DNA of 50,883 nucleotides from a virus (Duplodnaviria; Heunggongvirae; Uroviricota; Caudoviricetes): IMG/VR virus record IMGVR_UViG_2874962485_000005; one strand, 5' to 3'. Shown piece by piece: positions 10,196 to 22,570 of this stretch (position 1 is its first letter; each line of letters starts with the position of its first letter). The notes under the pieces were generated by a model. It saw only the letters and a program-made list of their open reading frames with translations, ran no database searches and was not told where the DNA came from. The position numbers and the translations under genes were made by a program.

Positions 10196-10417
10196 ATGAT
10201 TGCTCATCACTTCGGAACTGATGAAATACCACGTCAGTGTGTGACTCCTGGCGATTATGTTCTTCATGAAGGTCGGACATATATCGCCTCGGCAAACAAT
10301 ATTAAAAAGCGAAAACTTTATATTCGTAGCCTGACTACAAAAACATGCATTTCTGACTGCATGATTAAAGTCTTCCTCGGTCGTGATGGTTTACCTGTAA
10401 AGGCGGAGTCATGGTAA
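10196..10417 (+). CDS. Hypothetical prophage protein
   Basis: 73-aa ORF with RBS AAGGAGG 7 nt upstream. Confidence 0.45.
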   Translation: MIAHHFGTDEIPRQCVTPGDYVLHEGRTYIASANNIKKRKLYIRSLTTKTCISDCMIKVFLGRDGLPVKAESW

Positions 10418-10587
10418 TGACTAAGAAAATAAAATGTGCTTATCACCTTTGCAATAAAGAAATTGAAGAAAGCAAAATCATTACAAGACCACTTCATTTC
10501 ATGCGTGGAGTTATACCAACGACGGAAATGAAAAAATATTGTAGTGAAATCTGTGCCGAAAAAGACCAGATGGCACACGAACTTTAA
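10417..10587 (+). CDS. Hypothetical small protein with Cys-rich pattern (C-x4-C ... C-x3-C)
   Basis: 56-aa [23 protein letters not shown]... read from sequence (not in ORF track); ATG overlaps the stop of the previous gene. Confidence 0.35.
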   Translation: MTKKIKCAYHLCNKEIEESKIITRPLHFMRGVIPTTEMKKYCSEICAEKDQMAHEL

Positions 10588-10661
10588 TTAACTGACTATC
10601 CGAAACTGAATTTATGCCAGCAATGGCAGGGATTCGCTCAACCTTAATTAAGGAGAAAAAC

Positions 10662-10937
10662 ATGATTACCAGTTATGAAGCCACTGTTGTAACTACTGAT
10701 GACATTGTTCACGAGGTTAATCTGGAAGGAAAGCGTATTGGCTACGTGATTAAGACAGAAAATAAAGAAACCCCATTCACTGTGGTTGATATCGACGGTC
10801 CATCAGGCAACGTTAAAACACTTAACGATGGTGTAAAAAAAATGTGTCTGGTGCACATAGGAAAGAATCTGCCCGCAGAAAAAAAAGCCGAATTTCTGGC
10901 AACTCTGATTGCAATGAAATTAAAAGGTGAAATCTGA
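10662..10937 (+). CDS. Hypothetical prophage protein
   Basis: ORF 10614..10937; start at ATG 10662 preceded by AAGGAG. Confidence 0.45.
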   Translation: MITSYEATVVTTDDIVHEVNLEGKRIGYVIKTENKETPFTVVDIDGPSGNVKTLNDGVKKMCLVHIGKNLPAEKKAEFLATLIAMKLKGEI

Positions 10938-11036
10938 AAAAAAGAAAGCCTGCACACTGTGCAGGCCTGAATGAAGAACCTGGGACATTTATTCATCACT
11001 CGCAGTAATTTTAATCTGAGTTGAGGTTAAAAAACA

Positions 11037-12461
11037 ATGAACACCGATAAACAAGTTTACCCACTGTATTACGAAGCAAAAAATGACAAAGTAAGAAAAC
11101 GTCTCGGTATTAAAGGCGGTTTTTACTGGGCTGAAGCGAAAAAATTATCCATTGCCATCTCCCGTGGTGCTGTTGCGATTGACGATGCAGGCTACGATGA
11201 AGATGACTTTAAAAAACCTGTTCGCGTCAATTTGCCCGTTGTTGATGACCTCCCGCCAGAAGGCGTATTTGATACGGAATTCTGCAACCGTTACGAAAAA
11301 GGCGGGGAAGATGGCATCACAATGGTATTTATCGCATCTTCTCCCTCTGTTCAGGACAAACCGGCCAGCACTGACAATACCAACGTCAACGGCGAAGACA
11401 TGACAGAAATTGAGGAGAACATGCTCCTGCCAGTTTCCGGTCAGGAACTGCCCATTCGCTGGCTTGCGCAACACGGCAGCGAAAAACCAGTAACGCACGT
11501 TTCACGCGACGAACTCCAGGCATTACACATTGCTCGGGATGAAGAACTACCAGCTGTTACTGCCCTGGCTGTTTCCCACAAAACCAGCCTGCTCGATCCG
11601 CTGGAAATTCGCGATCTCCACAAACTGGTGCGTGATACTGACAGAGTTTTCCCTAATCCAGGCAATTCAAGCCTGGGGCTGATGACTGCTTTTTTCGAAG
11701 CATACATGGACGCAGACTACACCGATCGCGGTCTGCTGACAAAAGAGTGGATGAAAGGAAATCGTGTTTCACGCATCACGCGCACGGCTTCCGGCGCTAA
11801 TGCTGGCGGCGGGAACCTCACCGATCGCGGCGAAGGTTTCGTTCACGATCTGACGTCACTGGCGCGCGACGTAGCCACTGGCGTACTGGCTCGTTCAATG
11901 GACGTGGACATTTATAACCTTCATCCGGCACACGCTAAACGTGTCGAGGAAATTATCGCTGAAAATAAACCGCCCTTTTCTGTTTTCCGCGACAAATTCA
12001 TCACCATGCCTGGCGGGATGGATTATTCCCGCGCCATCGTGGTTGCGTCAGTGAAAGAAGCACCGATTGGTATCGAGGTCATCCCCGCTCACGTCACTGA
12101 ATATCTGAACAAGGTACTGACTGAAACCGATCATGCCAACCCTGATCCGGAAATCGTGGATATTGCCTGCGGTCGCTCCTCTGCCCCGATGCCGCAACGT
12201 GTAACAGAAGAAGGAAAACAGGATGATGAAGAAAAAACGCAGCCATCTGGCGCAATGGCAGATGAACAGGCAACGGCTGAAACAATGGAACCGGATGCAA
12301 CTGAACATCATCAGAACACGCAGCCGCTGGATGCTCAGTCACAGGTAAATTCTGTTGATGAGAAATATCAGGAACTACGGGCAGAACTCCATGAAGCCCG
12401 GAAAAACATTCCGCCCAAAAATCCTGTCGATGCAGACAAATTACTGGCTGCCTTGAGGTAG
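11037..12461 (+). CDS. Prophage protein of unknown function, possibly RecE-like recombination/exonuclease region (unverified); 3' end created by an IS600-end-like sequence
   Basis: 474-aa ORF; stop codon TAG lies inside the 12-mer TGAGGTAGCCTG (12454..12465) that matches the IS600 terminus. Confidence 0.4.
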   Translation: MNTDKQVYPLYYEAKNDKVRKRLGIKGGFYWAEAKKLSIAISRGAVAIDDAGYDEDDFKKPVRVNLPVVDDLPPEGVFDTEFCNRYEKGGEDGITMVFIASSPSVQDKPASTDNTNVNGEDMTEIEENMLLPVSGQELPIRWLAQHGSEKPVTHVSRDELQALHIARDEELPAVTALAVSHKTSLLDPLEIRDLHKLVRDTDRVFPNPGNSSLGLMTAFFEAYMDADYTDRGLLTKEWMKGNRVSRITRTASGANAGGGNLTDRGEGFVHDLTSLARDVATGVLARSMDVDIYNLHPAHAKRVEEIIAENKPPFSVFRDKFITMPGGMDYSRAIVVASVKEAPIGIEVIPAHVTEYLNKVLTETDHANPDPEIVDIACGRSSAPMPQRVTEEGKQDDEEKTQPSGAMADEQATAETMEPDATEHHQNTQPLDAQSQVNSVDEKYQELRAELHEARKNIPPKNPVDADKLLAALR

Positions 12462-12508
12462 CCTGTGAGGTGTACTGGCAATAGCGGACACTACCATTTG
12501 TTCTTTTT

Positions 12509-13327
12509 TTAAGCAGCCATCTGATGATATTTTTCCCTGAAGGCTGCCGGGGAGATATTCCCCAGACGAGAGTGACGACGCTGACGATTGTAGAAAATCT
12601 CAATGTATTCCCGTATTACTGAGATGGCTTCATCCCGGTTATTAAAACGATAGTGGCTCAGGCTCTCATTTTTCAGCGTTCCCCAGAAGCTTTCCATCGG
12701 AGCGTTGTCGTAACAGTTACCTTTACACGACATTGATGTTTTCAGACCAGACTGCTCCTGTATGACCCGGTAATCGTATGCGCAGTACTGTGAACCTCGA
12801 TCAGAGTGGTGGATTAGCCCGGCAGGTGGGCGCTGGCTCCTGAGCGCCATAAACAGGGCTTTACCTGTCAGCTCTTTTGTCATGCGCTCTCCCATGGCGT
12901 AGCCGACAATTTCACACGTATAAACATCTTTGATGCCAGCGAGGTACAACCATCCCTCCTGTGTGGCAACATACGTCAGGTCCGCCACCCAGACCTGATT
13001 TGGTGCTGTAGGAGCGAACGTCTGGTTCAGCAGATTTGGCGCAACTGGCAGATTGTGGTTCGGGTTCGTAGTCGCTCTGAACTTGCGTTTCTGCTTACAG
13101 CGTAGCCTCAGCTCCTTACGAAGACGTGCCAGTCGGTCACGACCAACGATGATGCCATTCTCTGCCAGCTCCGTCTGGAGCCGCCGGGTTCCATATGTTT
13201 CGCGAGTGCGGATATGTGCCACCTTAATCTCCAGTTTTAGCCGCTCATCACTTTGTTTTCTGTCTGAGGGTTCATGCTGTACCCAGTTGTAATAACCGCT
13301 CCTGGATACACCAAATACCTGACACAT
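12509..13327 (-). CDS. IS600 OrfB transposase
   Basis: 272-aa ORF; R->C substitution (MSCKGNCYD) relative to other copies. Confidence 0.85.
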   Translation of the reverse strand: MCQVFGVSRSGYYNWVQHEPSDRKQSDERLKLEIKVAHIRTRETYGTRRLQTELAENGIIVGRDRLARLRKELRLRCKQKRKFRATTNPNHNLPVAPNLLNQTFAPTAPNQVWVADLTYVATQEGWLYLAGIKDVYTCEIVGYAMGERMTKELTGKALFMALRSQRPPAGLIHHSDRGSQYCAYDYRVIQEQSGLKTSMSCKGNCYDNAPMESFWGTLKNESLSHYRFNNRDEAISVIREYIEIFYNRQRRHSRLGNISPAAFREKYHQMAA

Positions 13328-13362
13328 CGCTTCAATGGGAAATTGTTGTCGCCATTGTTCGA

Positions 13363-13665
13363 TTAACGCGTATTTTTCAGCGACTCCTGTGCAAAATACG
13401 CTGTTGCTTTTTTTAATATATCGCGCTCAAGGCGAGCTTCATTTAACGCCTTACGCAGTTGCAGAATTTCAGATTCCAGTTCAGCCACCGTGCGGGAACC
13501 AGGAGTACCGAGCCCTTTTCTGGCGGCGGTAACCCATTGTCCTAAAGTGCCTTCAGGAAGAGATAATCGGGAAGCGCCTTCACTGATCGAAAGTTGATTT
13601 TCAAGAACCGTTCTGACAGCTTCGGCTTTGAACTATTTAGAGTAACGTTGGGTTTTTCTGCTCAT
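13363..13665 (-). pseudogene. IS600 orfA with premature stop (codon 11)
   Basis: AACTATTTAG here versus AACTCTTTAG in other copies gives [10 protein letters not shown]. Confidence 0.8.
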
Positions 13666-13763
13666 TATTAGCTCCTTCTGATGCCATTCTATTTCAGGAA
13701 GGAGTGTCCGTTAAACTCAGGCTACCTCAGAGCGCTTATCCGATTTTTGATCGTATTGAAGAA

Positions 13764-14024
13764 ATGGCATGGGCTCGTCACTACCAGCAGATCGTTCGTG
13801 AAGAAAAAGAAACGGAACTGGCGGACGACCTGGAAAAAGGTCTGCCTCAGCACCTGTTTGAATCGCTCTGCATCGACCATTTGCAACGCCACGGTGCCAA
13901 TAAACAGGCAATCAGCCACGCATTTGATGATGATGTTGAGTTTCAGGAGCGCATGGCAGAACACATCCGGTACATGGCTGAAACCATTGCCCACCACCAG
14001 GTTGATATTGATTTGGAGGACTAA
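13764..14024 (+). CDS. Hypothetical protein, or C-terminal remnant of the IS600-disrupted upstream gene
   Basis: ORF 13704..14024 is open from inside the IS end; first ATG at 13764. Confidence 0.3.
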   Translation: MAWARHYQQIVREEKETELADDLEKGLPQHLFESLCIDHLQRHGANKQAISHAFDDDVEFQERMAEHIRYMAETIAHHQVDIDLED

Positions 14025-14029
14025 AATCT

Positions 14030-14336
14030 ATGGCGCTTTTTCAACGAGCAATAAACACACAGGCCTATCTAAAAGCAGGAATTATGGGGTTTGCTGGCGA
14101 CGGCAAAACCTACACAGCAAGCGAACTGGCTATTGGTCTGGTAATGCTTATGCGGCAACGGGGAATTGAAGCTGGTAACCGCCCGGTAATGTTTCTGGAC
14201 ACAGAAACAGGCTCTGACTGGGTTAAACCCCGCTTTGATGCGGAAAATATCGAATTATTTACGGCAAAAACCCGCTCGTTTGTTGATCTGCTTGAAGCCA
14301 TTAATGAAGCGGAAAGCAGCGGTTCCGTAATGATCA
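14030..14336 (+). pseudogene. Phage AAA/RecA-like ATPase (Sak4-like), N-terminal part with Walker A GFAGDGKT
   Basis: MALFQRAINTQAYLKAGIMGFAGDGKTYTASELA...SGSVMII then IS2; frame continues at 15668. Confidence 0.55.
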
Positions 14337-14427
14337 TAGACTGGCCCCCTGAATCTCCAGACAACCAGTATCACTTATTTAAGTGATAGTCTTAATACTA
14401 GTTTTTAGACTAGTCATTGGAGAACAG

Positions 14428-14793
14428 ATGATTGATGTCTTAGGGCCGGAGAAACGCAGACGGCGTACCACACAGGAAAAGATCGCAATTGTTCAGCAGA
14501 GCTTTGAACCGGGGATGACGGTCTCCCTCGTTGCCCGGCAACATGGTGTAGCAGCCAGCCAGTTATTTCTCTGGCGTAAGCAATACCAGGAAGGAAGTCT
14601 TACTGCTGTGGCCGCCGGAGAACAGGTTGTTCCTGCCTCTGAACTTGCTGCCGCCATGAAGCAGATTAAAGAACTCCAGCGCCTGCTCGGCAAGAAAACG
14701 ATGGAAAATGAACTCCTCAAAGAAGCCGTTGAATATGGACGGGCAAAAAAGTGGATAGCGCACGCGCCCTTATTGCCCGGGGATGGGGAGTAA
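14428..14793 (+). CDS. IS2 OrfA (InsC-like), canonical ATG start
   Basis: [24 protein letters not shown]... Confidence 0.85.
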
Positions 14794-15656
14794 GCTTAGT
14801 CAGCCGTTGTCTCCGGGTGTCGCGTGCGCAGTTGCACGTCATTCTCAGACGAACCGATGACTGGATGGATGGCCGCCGCAGTCGTCACACTGATGATACG
14901 GATGTGCTTCTCCGTATACACCATGTTATCGGAGAGCTGCCCACGTATGGTTATCGTCGGGTATGGGCGCTGCTTCGCAGACAGGCAGAACTTGATGGTA
15001 TGCCTGCGATCAATGCCAAACGTGTTTACCGGATCATGCGCCAGAATGCGCTGTTGCTTGAGCGAAAACCTGCTGTACCGCCATCGAAACGGGCACATAC
15101 AGGCAGAGTGGCCGTGAAAGAAAGCAATCAGCGATGGTGCTCTGACGGGTTCGAGTTCTGCTGTGATAACGGAGAGAGACTGCGTGTCACGTTCGCGCTG
15201 GACTGCTGTGATCGTGAGGCACTGCACTGGGCGGTGACTACCGGCGGCTTCAACAGTGAAACAGTACAGGACGTCATGCTGGGAGCGGTGGAACGCCGCT
15301 TCGGCAACGATCTTCCGTCGTCTCCAGTGGAGTGGCTGACGGATAATGGTTCATGCTACCGGGCTAATGAAACACGCCAGTTCGCCCGGATGTTGGGACT
15401 TGAACCGAAGAACACGGCGGTGCGTAGTCCGGAGAGTAACGGAATAGCAGAGAGCTTCGTGAAAACGATAAAGCGTGACTACATCAGTATCATGCCCAAA
15501 CCAGACGGGTTAACGGCAGCAAAGAACCTTGCAGAGGCGTTCGAGCATTATAACGAATGGCATCCGCATAGTGCGCTGGGTTATCGCTCGCCACGGGAAT
15601 ATCTGCGGCAGCGGGCTTGTAATGGGTTAAGTGATAACAGATGTCTGGAAATATAG
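14751..15656 (+). CDS. IS2 OrfB transposase
   Basis: 301-aa ORF. Confidence 0.9.
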
Positions 15657-15667
15657 GGGCAAATCCA

Positions 15668-16463
15668 GATCATCGACTCCATCAGTCACTTCTGGACCGG
15701 ATTATGCGACGAGTATGCCAGACGCCGAAACCGTAAACGAGGACTGGAATTTTCAGACTGGGCGTGGCTCAAACAGGAGTGGCGACGCTTTACCGATCGA
15801 TTTGTTAACAGTCAGGCGCACATTATTATGTGCGGGCGTGCAGGATATGAGTATGACTTTTTCGAAGGTGATGATGGCAAACGCCAGTTGGCAAAAACCG
15901 GTATAAAAATGAAAGCAGAAACAGAAACCGGTTATGAACCCTCCATCCGGATCCAGATGGAGAAGCAAATGAACATAGAAACCGGTCAGGTGTGGCGCAC
16001 CGCCAGAATACTAAAAGATCGCTCCACCCGTATTGATGGACAGGTATTTTCAAACCCAACATTTAAAAACTTTCTTCCTCATATCGAGTCTCTTAACCTG
16101 GGAGGTGAACACCCCGGCATCGATACCTCACGGGATAACAGTGAATTATTTGCCAACGACGGTACACCGACATGGCTAAAAGAAAAGCGTGCAAAAGAAA
16201 TCGCACTTGATGAAATTATCGAGTTGCTCAACAAGCACCATGGGGGCACCAGTAACGACGCCAAACGCGCAAAAGCTGATTTGCTGGAAAAAACATTCAC
16301 CTCCCGCTCATGGGAAAGAATCAAAGGTATGGACTGGCCGACAATCAAAGCTGGTCGTAATGCACTATGGATTGAACTGGAAGGCGTTGAATATGCATTC
16401 CCGGATCCACAAACACAAAACGAAACGCAACAAGCAGGATACGATGAGAATATTCCGGTGTAA
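15668..16463 (+). pseudogene. Phage AAA/RecA-like ATPase (Sak4-like), C-terminal part
   Basis: Joining across IS2 minus one GATCA copy gives ...SVMIIDSISHFWTGL... in frame; ORF 15828..16463 is the tail. Confidence 0.55.
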
Positions 16464-16537
16464 AACCAAGTGCATTTTGGGAATGAACCGCCCCGGGAAT
16501 CCTGGAGACTAAACTTCCTGAGAAAGAGGTAAACAGG

Positions 16538-16860
16538 ATGACTAAAAATACTCGTTTTTCCCCCGAAGTCCGTCAACGGGCAGTCCGTATGGTTCTGGAA
16601 AGTCAGGGCGAATATGACTCACAATGGGCGACAATTTGTTCCATTGCCCCAAAGATTGGCTGTACGCCGGAGACTCTGCGTGTCTGGGTTCGCCAGCATG
16701 AGCGGGATACCGGGGGCGGTGATGGAGGGCTCACCACCGCTGAACGTCAGCGTCTGAAAGAGCCGGAGCGTGAAAATCGTGAACTGCGCCGCAGTAACGA
16801 TATCCTTCGCCAGGCTTCCGCTTATTTTGCGAAGGCGGAGTTCGACCGCCTCTGGAAAAA

Positions 16861-16864
<4 letters not shown>
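16538..16864 (+). CDS. IS629 OrfA
   Basis: [41 protein letters not shown]... Confidence 0.85.
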
Positions 16865-17747
<883 letters not shown>

Positions 17748-17963
17748 GTTCACAGATAAAACACTCTCCAGGAAACCCGGGGCGGTTCAGCCTGATGCTT
17801 CGCACTGGTCTGGGTGCCAGACAAATTGAAGCATACCGCCAGAACTGTTGGGTGGAAGGCTTCCACTTCAAACGAGTATCTCCTTTAGGGAAGCCAGACA
17901 GTAAGCGAGGGATTATCTGGTACAACTATCCGAAGATAAATCAGTTTATCAAAGACTCATGAT

Positions 17964-18135
17964 ATGTCTAAATTACCAACAGGTGTCGAGATTCGAGGTA
18001 AATACATTCGCATCTGGTTCATGTTTCGAGGAAAACGATGTCGGGAAACATTGAAAGGCTGGGAGATTACTAACAGTAACATTAAAAAGGCCGGGAATTT
18101 AAGAGCGTTGATAGTTCATCAAATCAGTTCCGGTG
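17964..18135 (+). pseudogene. Phage-type tyrosine integrase, N-terminal fragment
   Basis: MSKLPTGVEIRGKYIRIWFMFRGKRCRETLKGW...; cut by IS1 at 18136. Confidence 0.55.
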
Positions 18136-18150
18136 GGTAATGACTCCAAC

Positions 18151-18654
18151 TTACTGATAGTGTTTTATGTTCAGATAATGCCCGATGACCTTGTCATGCA
18201 GCTCCACCGATTTTGAGAACGACAGTGACTTCCGTACCAGCCTTGCCAGATGTTGTCTCAGATTCAGATTATGTCGCTCAATGCGCTGAGTGTAACGCTT
18301 GCTGATAACGTGCAGCTTTCCCTTCAGGCGTGATTCATACAGCGGCCAGCCATCCGTCATCCATACCACGACCTCAAAGGCCGACAGCAGGCTCAGAAGA
18401 CGCTCCAGTGTGGCCAGAGTGCGTTCACCGAAGACGTGCGCCACAACCGTCCTCCGTATCCTGTCATACGCGTAAAACAGCCAGCGCTGACGTGATTTAG
18501 CACCGACGTAGCCCCAATGTTCGTCCATTTCAGCGCAGACAATCACATCACTGCCCGGTTGTATGCGCGAGGTTACCGACTGCGGCCTGAGTTTTTTAAG
18601 TGACGTAAAACCGTGTTGAGGCCAACGCCCATAATGCGTGCACTGGCGCGACAT
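18151..18654 (-). CDS. insB: IS1 InsB
   Basis: 167-aa ORF. Confidence 0.9.
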   Translation of the reverse strand: MSRQCTHYGRWPQHGFTSLKKLRPQSVTSRIQPGSDVIVCAEMDEHWGYVGAKSRQRWLFYAYDRIRRTVVAHVFGERTLATLERLLSLLSAFEVVVWMTDGWPLYESRLKGKLHVISKRYTQRIERHNLNLRQHLARLVRKSLSFSKSVELHDKVIGHYLNIKHYQ

Positions 18655-18848
18655 CCGACGCCATTCATGGCCATATCAATGATTTTCTGGTGCGTACCGG
18701 GCTGAGAGGCGGTGTAAGTGAACTGTAGTTGCCATGTTTTACGGCAATGAGAGCAGAGATAGCGCTGATGTCCGGCAGTGCTTTTGCCGTTACGCACCAC
18801 GCCTTCAGTAGCGGAGCAGGAAGGACATCTGATGGAAATGGAAGCCAC
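18573..18848 (-). CDS. insA: IS1 InsA
   Basis: 91-aa ORF. Confidence 0.9.
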   Translation of the reverse strand: MASISIRCPSCSATEGVVRNGKSTAGHQRYLCSHCRKTWQLQFTYTASQPGTHQKIIDMAMNGVGCRASARIMGVGLNTVLRHLKNSGRSR

Positions 18849-18903
18849 GCAAGCACCTTAAAATCACCATCATACACTAAATCAGTAAGTTGGCAGCATT
18901 ACC

Positions 18904-19543
18904 TGACCCGTTATCTAAAACAGAATTCAATGCATTAATGGAAAGTGAAAAAGGACAGAGCCAAAACTTGTGGAAATTTGCCGTTTACTCCGGGCTTCGT
19001 CACGGGGAACTGGCAGCTCTGGCGTGGGAGGATGTGGATTTCGAGAAGGGAATTGTGAATGTCAGAAGAAACCTGACGATACTTGATATGTTCGGTCCCC
19101 CAAAAACAAATGCCGGGATCCGGACGGTAGCATTACTGCAGCCGGCTCTTGAAGCACTGAAGGAGCAATACAAACTGACCGGGCATCATCGCAAAAGCGA
19201 AATCACTTTTTATCATCGGGAGTACGGCAGAACTGAAAAACAAAAACTGCATTTTGTTTTCATGCCCAGGGTGTGTAACGAAAAACAGAAACCTTATTAC
19301 TCGGTAAGCAGTTTGGGTACAAGATGGAATGCAGCAGTAAAACGTGCTGGTATTCGCCGCCGTAATCCGTACCATACGCGACATACTTTTGCCTGCTGGC
19401 TGTTGACGGCAGGAGCGAACCCGGCATTTATAGCCAGCCAGATGGGGCATGAAACTGCGCAAATGGTGTATGAAATTTACGGTATGTGGATTGATGACAT
19501 GAACGACGAACAGATAGCCATGTTGAATGCGCGGTTATCGTAG
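18904..19543 (+). pseudogene. Phage-type tyrosine integrase, C-terminal catalytic fragment
   Basis: ...NPYHTRHTFACWLLTAGANPAFIASQMGHETAQMVYEIYGMW... (R, H-x-x-R, Y residues); ORF 18890..19543 begins inside the IS1 end. Confidence 0.7.
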
Positions 19544-19882
19544 TTGCAAAGTTTGCCCCCAATTTGCCCCATTTAGTACCAGAGAACTGAAATAATGCAA
19601 GAAAATCAACAAATTACAAAGAAAGAACAATACAACCTGAACAAGTAAGGGCAAAAATCACAACTATCTGACTCATAAGTATTTTATTTATTTTTCAATA
19701 TGTTAAACATTATCAGCGACAACAATAAGCTACGATAACCCACTCTTTTTTGCCCCATTTTTGCCATCAACAATTTTCCTCATAAAGTCATTTCAAAGCC
19801 TAATAGCTGCTCTACTTTTTTCCTCAATATCATGTCGCCAGCAGGAAACAACCTAATCCCTGTTTTAGGCCTCAAAGCTGTT

Positions 19883-19901
19883 AATGATAATTATTTTCAT
19901 T
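19883..19901 (+). promoter_or_regulatory. Putative Fur box in sitA promoter
   Basis: AATGATAATTATTTTCATT resembles GATAATGATAATCATTATC; about 75 bp upstream of sitA. Confidence 0.5.
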
Positions 19902-19920
19902 TTGTATAGGTTATGCTATA

Positions 19921-19942
19921 AAACATAGCCGTTGCTATGTTT
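19921..19942 (+). promoter_or_regulatory. Putative MntR box in sitA promoter
   Basis: Palindrome AAACATAGC-CGTT-GCTATGTTT about 33 bp upstream of sitA. Confidence 0.6.
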
Positions 19943-19974
19943 GTTCTAATTTTGCTCACTATAGGTACTAAATT

Positions 19975-20889
19975 ATGCACTCAATAAAAAAAGTAACCAT
20001 GCTCTTGGGGTGCCTCGCCCTCACCTGCTCGATCGCATTTCAGGCAAGTGCAACTGAAAAATTCAAGGTCATTACAACATTTACCATCATCGCGGATATG
20101 GCCAAAAACGTGGCTGGAGATGCTGCAGAAGTCTCATCCATAACCAAGCCTGGTGCAGAAATTCATGAGTATCAGCCTACCCCTGGCGATATTAAACGTG
20201 CGCAGGGGGCACAACTGATTCTCGCCAATGGTATGAATCTGGAATTGTGGTTCCAACGCTTTTACCAGCATCTCAATGGGGTTCCAGAAGTAATTGTCTC
20301 TTCGGGTGTGACGCCAGTAGGGATCACCGAAGGACCCTATGAGGGCAAACCTAATCCCCATGCATGGATGTCGCCAGATAATGCTCTGATTTACGTCGAT
20401 AATATTCGTGATGCGTTGATAAAATACGATCCGGCAAATGCACAAACCTACCAACGTAATGCCGATACTTATAAAGCCAAGATTACCCAAACCCTTGCCC
20501 CCCTGCGTAAGCAGATTACGGAACTCCCTGAGAATCAGCGATGGATGGTCACCAGTGAAGGGGCTTTTTCTTATCTCGCACGCGATTTGGGGCTAAAAGA
20601 GCTTTATCTGTGGCCGATTAATGCCGATCAACAAGGAACACCGCAGCAGGTACGTAAGGTTGTTGATATAGTTAAGAAAAATCATATCCCGGCAGTCTTT
20701 AGCGAGAGTACGATTTCCGATAAACCAGCGCGTCAGGTTGCGCGTGAAACCGGCGCACACTACGGCGGTGTGCTCTATGTCGATTCCCTGAGCACAGAAA
20801 ACGGCCCGGTACCTACGTATATCGACCTTCTTAAGGTTACTACCAGTACGCTGGTACAGGGAATTAAAGCCGGGAAAAGGGAGAAATAA
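19975..20889 (+). CDS. sitA: SitA periplasmic Mn/Fe-binding protein (cluster 9 ABC substrate-binding protein)
   Basis: 304-aa ORF with signal peptide [26 protein letters not shown]; first gene of a four-gene ABC operon. Confidence 0.88.
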   Translation: MHSIKKVTMLLGCLALTCSIAFQASATEKFKVITTFTIIADMAKNVAGDAAEVSSITKPGAEIHEYQPTPGDIKRAQGAQLILANGMNLELWFQRFYQHLNGVPEVIVSSGVTPVGITEGPYEGKPNPHAWMSPDNALIYVDNIRDALIKYDPANAQTYQRNADTYKAKITQTLAPLRKQITELPENQRWMVTSEGAFSYLARDLGLKELYLWPINADQQGTPQQVRKVVDIVKKNHIPAVFSESTISDKPARQVARETGAHYGGVLYVDSLSTENGPVPTYIDLLKVTTSTLVQGIKAGKREK

Positions 20890-21716
20890 TGATGCAATCT
20901 GCAGGCATTGTCGTTAATGATGTTACTGTCACCTGGCGTAACGGGCACACAGCACTGCGCGATGCATCCTTCACAGTACCAAGTGGATCTATTGCCGCTC
21001 TGGTTGGGGTAAACGGTTCCGGAAAATCGACGTTGTTTAAAGCGATTATGGGATTTGTGCGTCTGACCAGCGGAAAGATATCTGTTCTGGGTATTCCCAC
21101 GCGACAGGCGCTACAGAAAAACCTGGTTGCCTACGTCCCTCAGTCAGAAGAGGTTGACTGGTCATTTCCTGTACTGGTGGAAGATGTGGTGATGATGGGC
21201 CGCTATGGGCATATGGGTATGTTGCGTATAGCCAAAAAGAGGGATCGTCAGATTGTCACCGATGCGCTGGAACGTGTCGATATGGTGGATTTTCGCCATC
21301 GTCAAATCGGCGAGCTTTCCGGTGGACAAAAGAAACGCGTCTTTCTGGCGAGAGCAATTGCACAGCAGGGTGATGTGATCCTGCTGGATGAACCTTTTAC
21401 CGGCGTTGATGTGAAAACCGAAGCGAAAATCATCAGCCTGTTGAGGGAGTTACGCGCGGAAGGCAAAACGATGCTTGTCTCAACGCACAATCTCGGCTCA
21501 GTCACGACATTTTGCGATTATACGGTCATGGTCAAAGGCACCGTCCTGGCAAGCGGGCCGACAGACACCACTTTTACAGCCGAGAACCTGGAGCTGGCTT
21601 TTAGCGGCGTACTGCGCCATGTCACACTTAACGGCTCGGAAGAAAGCATTATTACTGACGATGAACGCCCTTTTGTGGCACATCGACCGTCAGCGGTGCA
21701 GAGGGAAGCAAGATGA
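20889..21716 (+). CDS. sitB: SitB ABC transporter ATP-binding protein
   Basis: Walker [10 protein letters not shown], signature LSGGQKKR, Walker B ILLDEP. Confidence 0.9.
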   Translation: MMQSAGIVVNDVTVTWRNGHTALRDASFTVPSGSIAALVGVNGSGKSTLFKAIMGFVRLTSGKISVLGIPTRQALQKNLVAYVPQSEEVDWSFPVLVEDVVMMGRYGHMGMLRIAKKRDRQIVTDALERVDMVDFRHRQIGELSGGQKKRVFLARAIAQQGDVILLDEPFTGVDVKTEAKIISLLRELRAEGKTMLVSTHNLGSVTTFCDYTVMVKGTVLASGPTDTTFTAENLELAFSGVLRHVTLNGSEESIITDDERPFVAHRPSAVQREAR

Positions 21717-22570
21717 ACGTGCTACTGGAACCCTTCAGCTATGAATATATGCTCAATGCGATGTGGGTCTCGGCAATGGTCGGCGGTCTCTGCGCTTTCC
21801 TGTCATGCTATCTGATGCTAAAAGGCTGGTCGCTGATTGGCGATGCGCTGTCGCACTCTATTGTCCCGGGTGTTGCGGGGGCATATATGCTGGGGCTTCC
21901 GTTTTCTCTGGGAGCCTTCTTTTCCGGCGGACTGGCAGCGGGCAGCATGCTGTTTCTTAACCAACGCACCCGCTTAAAAGAAGATGCCATCATCGGCCTG
22001 ATCTTCTCGTCCTTTTTTGGCCTGGGGCTGTTTATGGTGTCATTGAACCCGACATCCGTGAACATTCAGACCATCGTCCTGGGCAATATTCTGGCAATCG
22101 ATCCGGCGGATATCCTGCAACTCACTATCATTGGCATTCTCTCGATCATCGTGCTTTTTTTCAAATGGAAAGATCTTATGGTGACCTTTTTCGACGAGAA
22201 TCACGCCCGTGCTATTGGATTACATCCGGGCAGATTAAAAATCCTCTTCTTCACCCTGCTGTCGGTTTCGACCGTTGCGGCGCTGCAAACGGTTGGTGCC
22301 TTTCTGGTGATCTGTCTGGTGGTGACTCCCGGTGCAACAGCATGGTTGTTAACCGATCGTTTTCCCCGCCTGCTCATAATTGCTGTAACTATTGGCAGTG
22401 TAACCAGTTTCCTCGGCGCGTGGGTCAGTTACTTTCTGGACGGCGCGACAGGTGGAATCATCGTGGTGGCGCAGACACTGCTGTTTCTTTTAGCATTTGT
22501 ATTTGCGCCCACCCATGGACTTTTGGCAAATCGTCGGCGTGCGCATAAAGCGCTGGAGGATCGCTCATGA
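21713..22570 (+). CDS. sitC: SitC ABC transporter permease
   Basis: 285-aa hydrophobic ORF overlapping sitB stop. Confidence 0.88.
   Translation: MNVLLEPFSYEYMLNAMWVSAMVGGLCAFLSCYLMLKGWSLIGDALSHSIVPGVAGAYMLGLPFSLGAFFSGGLAAGSMLFLNQRTRLKEDAIIGLIFSSFFGLGLFMVSLNPTSVNIQTIVLGNILAIDPADILQLTIIGILSIIVLFFKWKDLMVTFFDENHARAIGLHPGRLKILFFTLLSVSTVAALQTVGAFLVICLVVTPGATAWLLTDRFPRLLIIAVTIGSVTSFLGAWVSYFLDGATGGIIVVAQTLLFLLAFVFAPTHGLLANRRRAHKALEDRS

Larger units (their letters stand above)
12466..13729 (-). mobile_element. IS600 copy 2, 1264 bp, orfA inactivated
   Basis: Same termini as copy 1; flanking triplets differ (CTG / GAG), so no target duplication. Confidence 0.9.
14337..15667 (+). mobile_element. IS2 copy 2, complete 1331 bp
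   Basis: Canonical IS2 ends; 5-bp direct repeat GATCA at 14332-14336 and 15668-15672. Confidence 0.92.
18136..18903 (-). mobile_element. IS1 copy 2, complete 768 bp, no target duplication
   Basis: Canonical IS1 ends; flanking 9-mers GTTCCGGTG and TGACCCGTT differ. Confidence 0.9.

Noticed and set aside
10937-10975. Hairpin GCCTGCACAnTGTGCAGGC as terminator of the plus-strand gene ending at 10937
   Set aside because: No T-run follows on the plus strand; the U-tract is only on the minus strand, where no upstream gene is evident.
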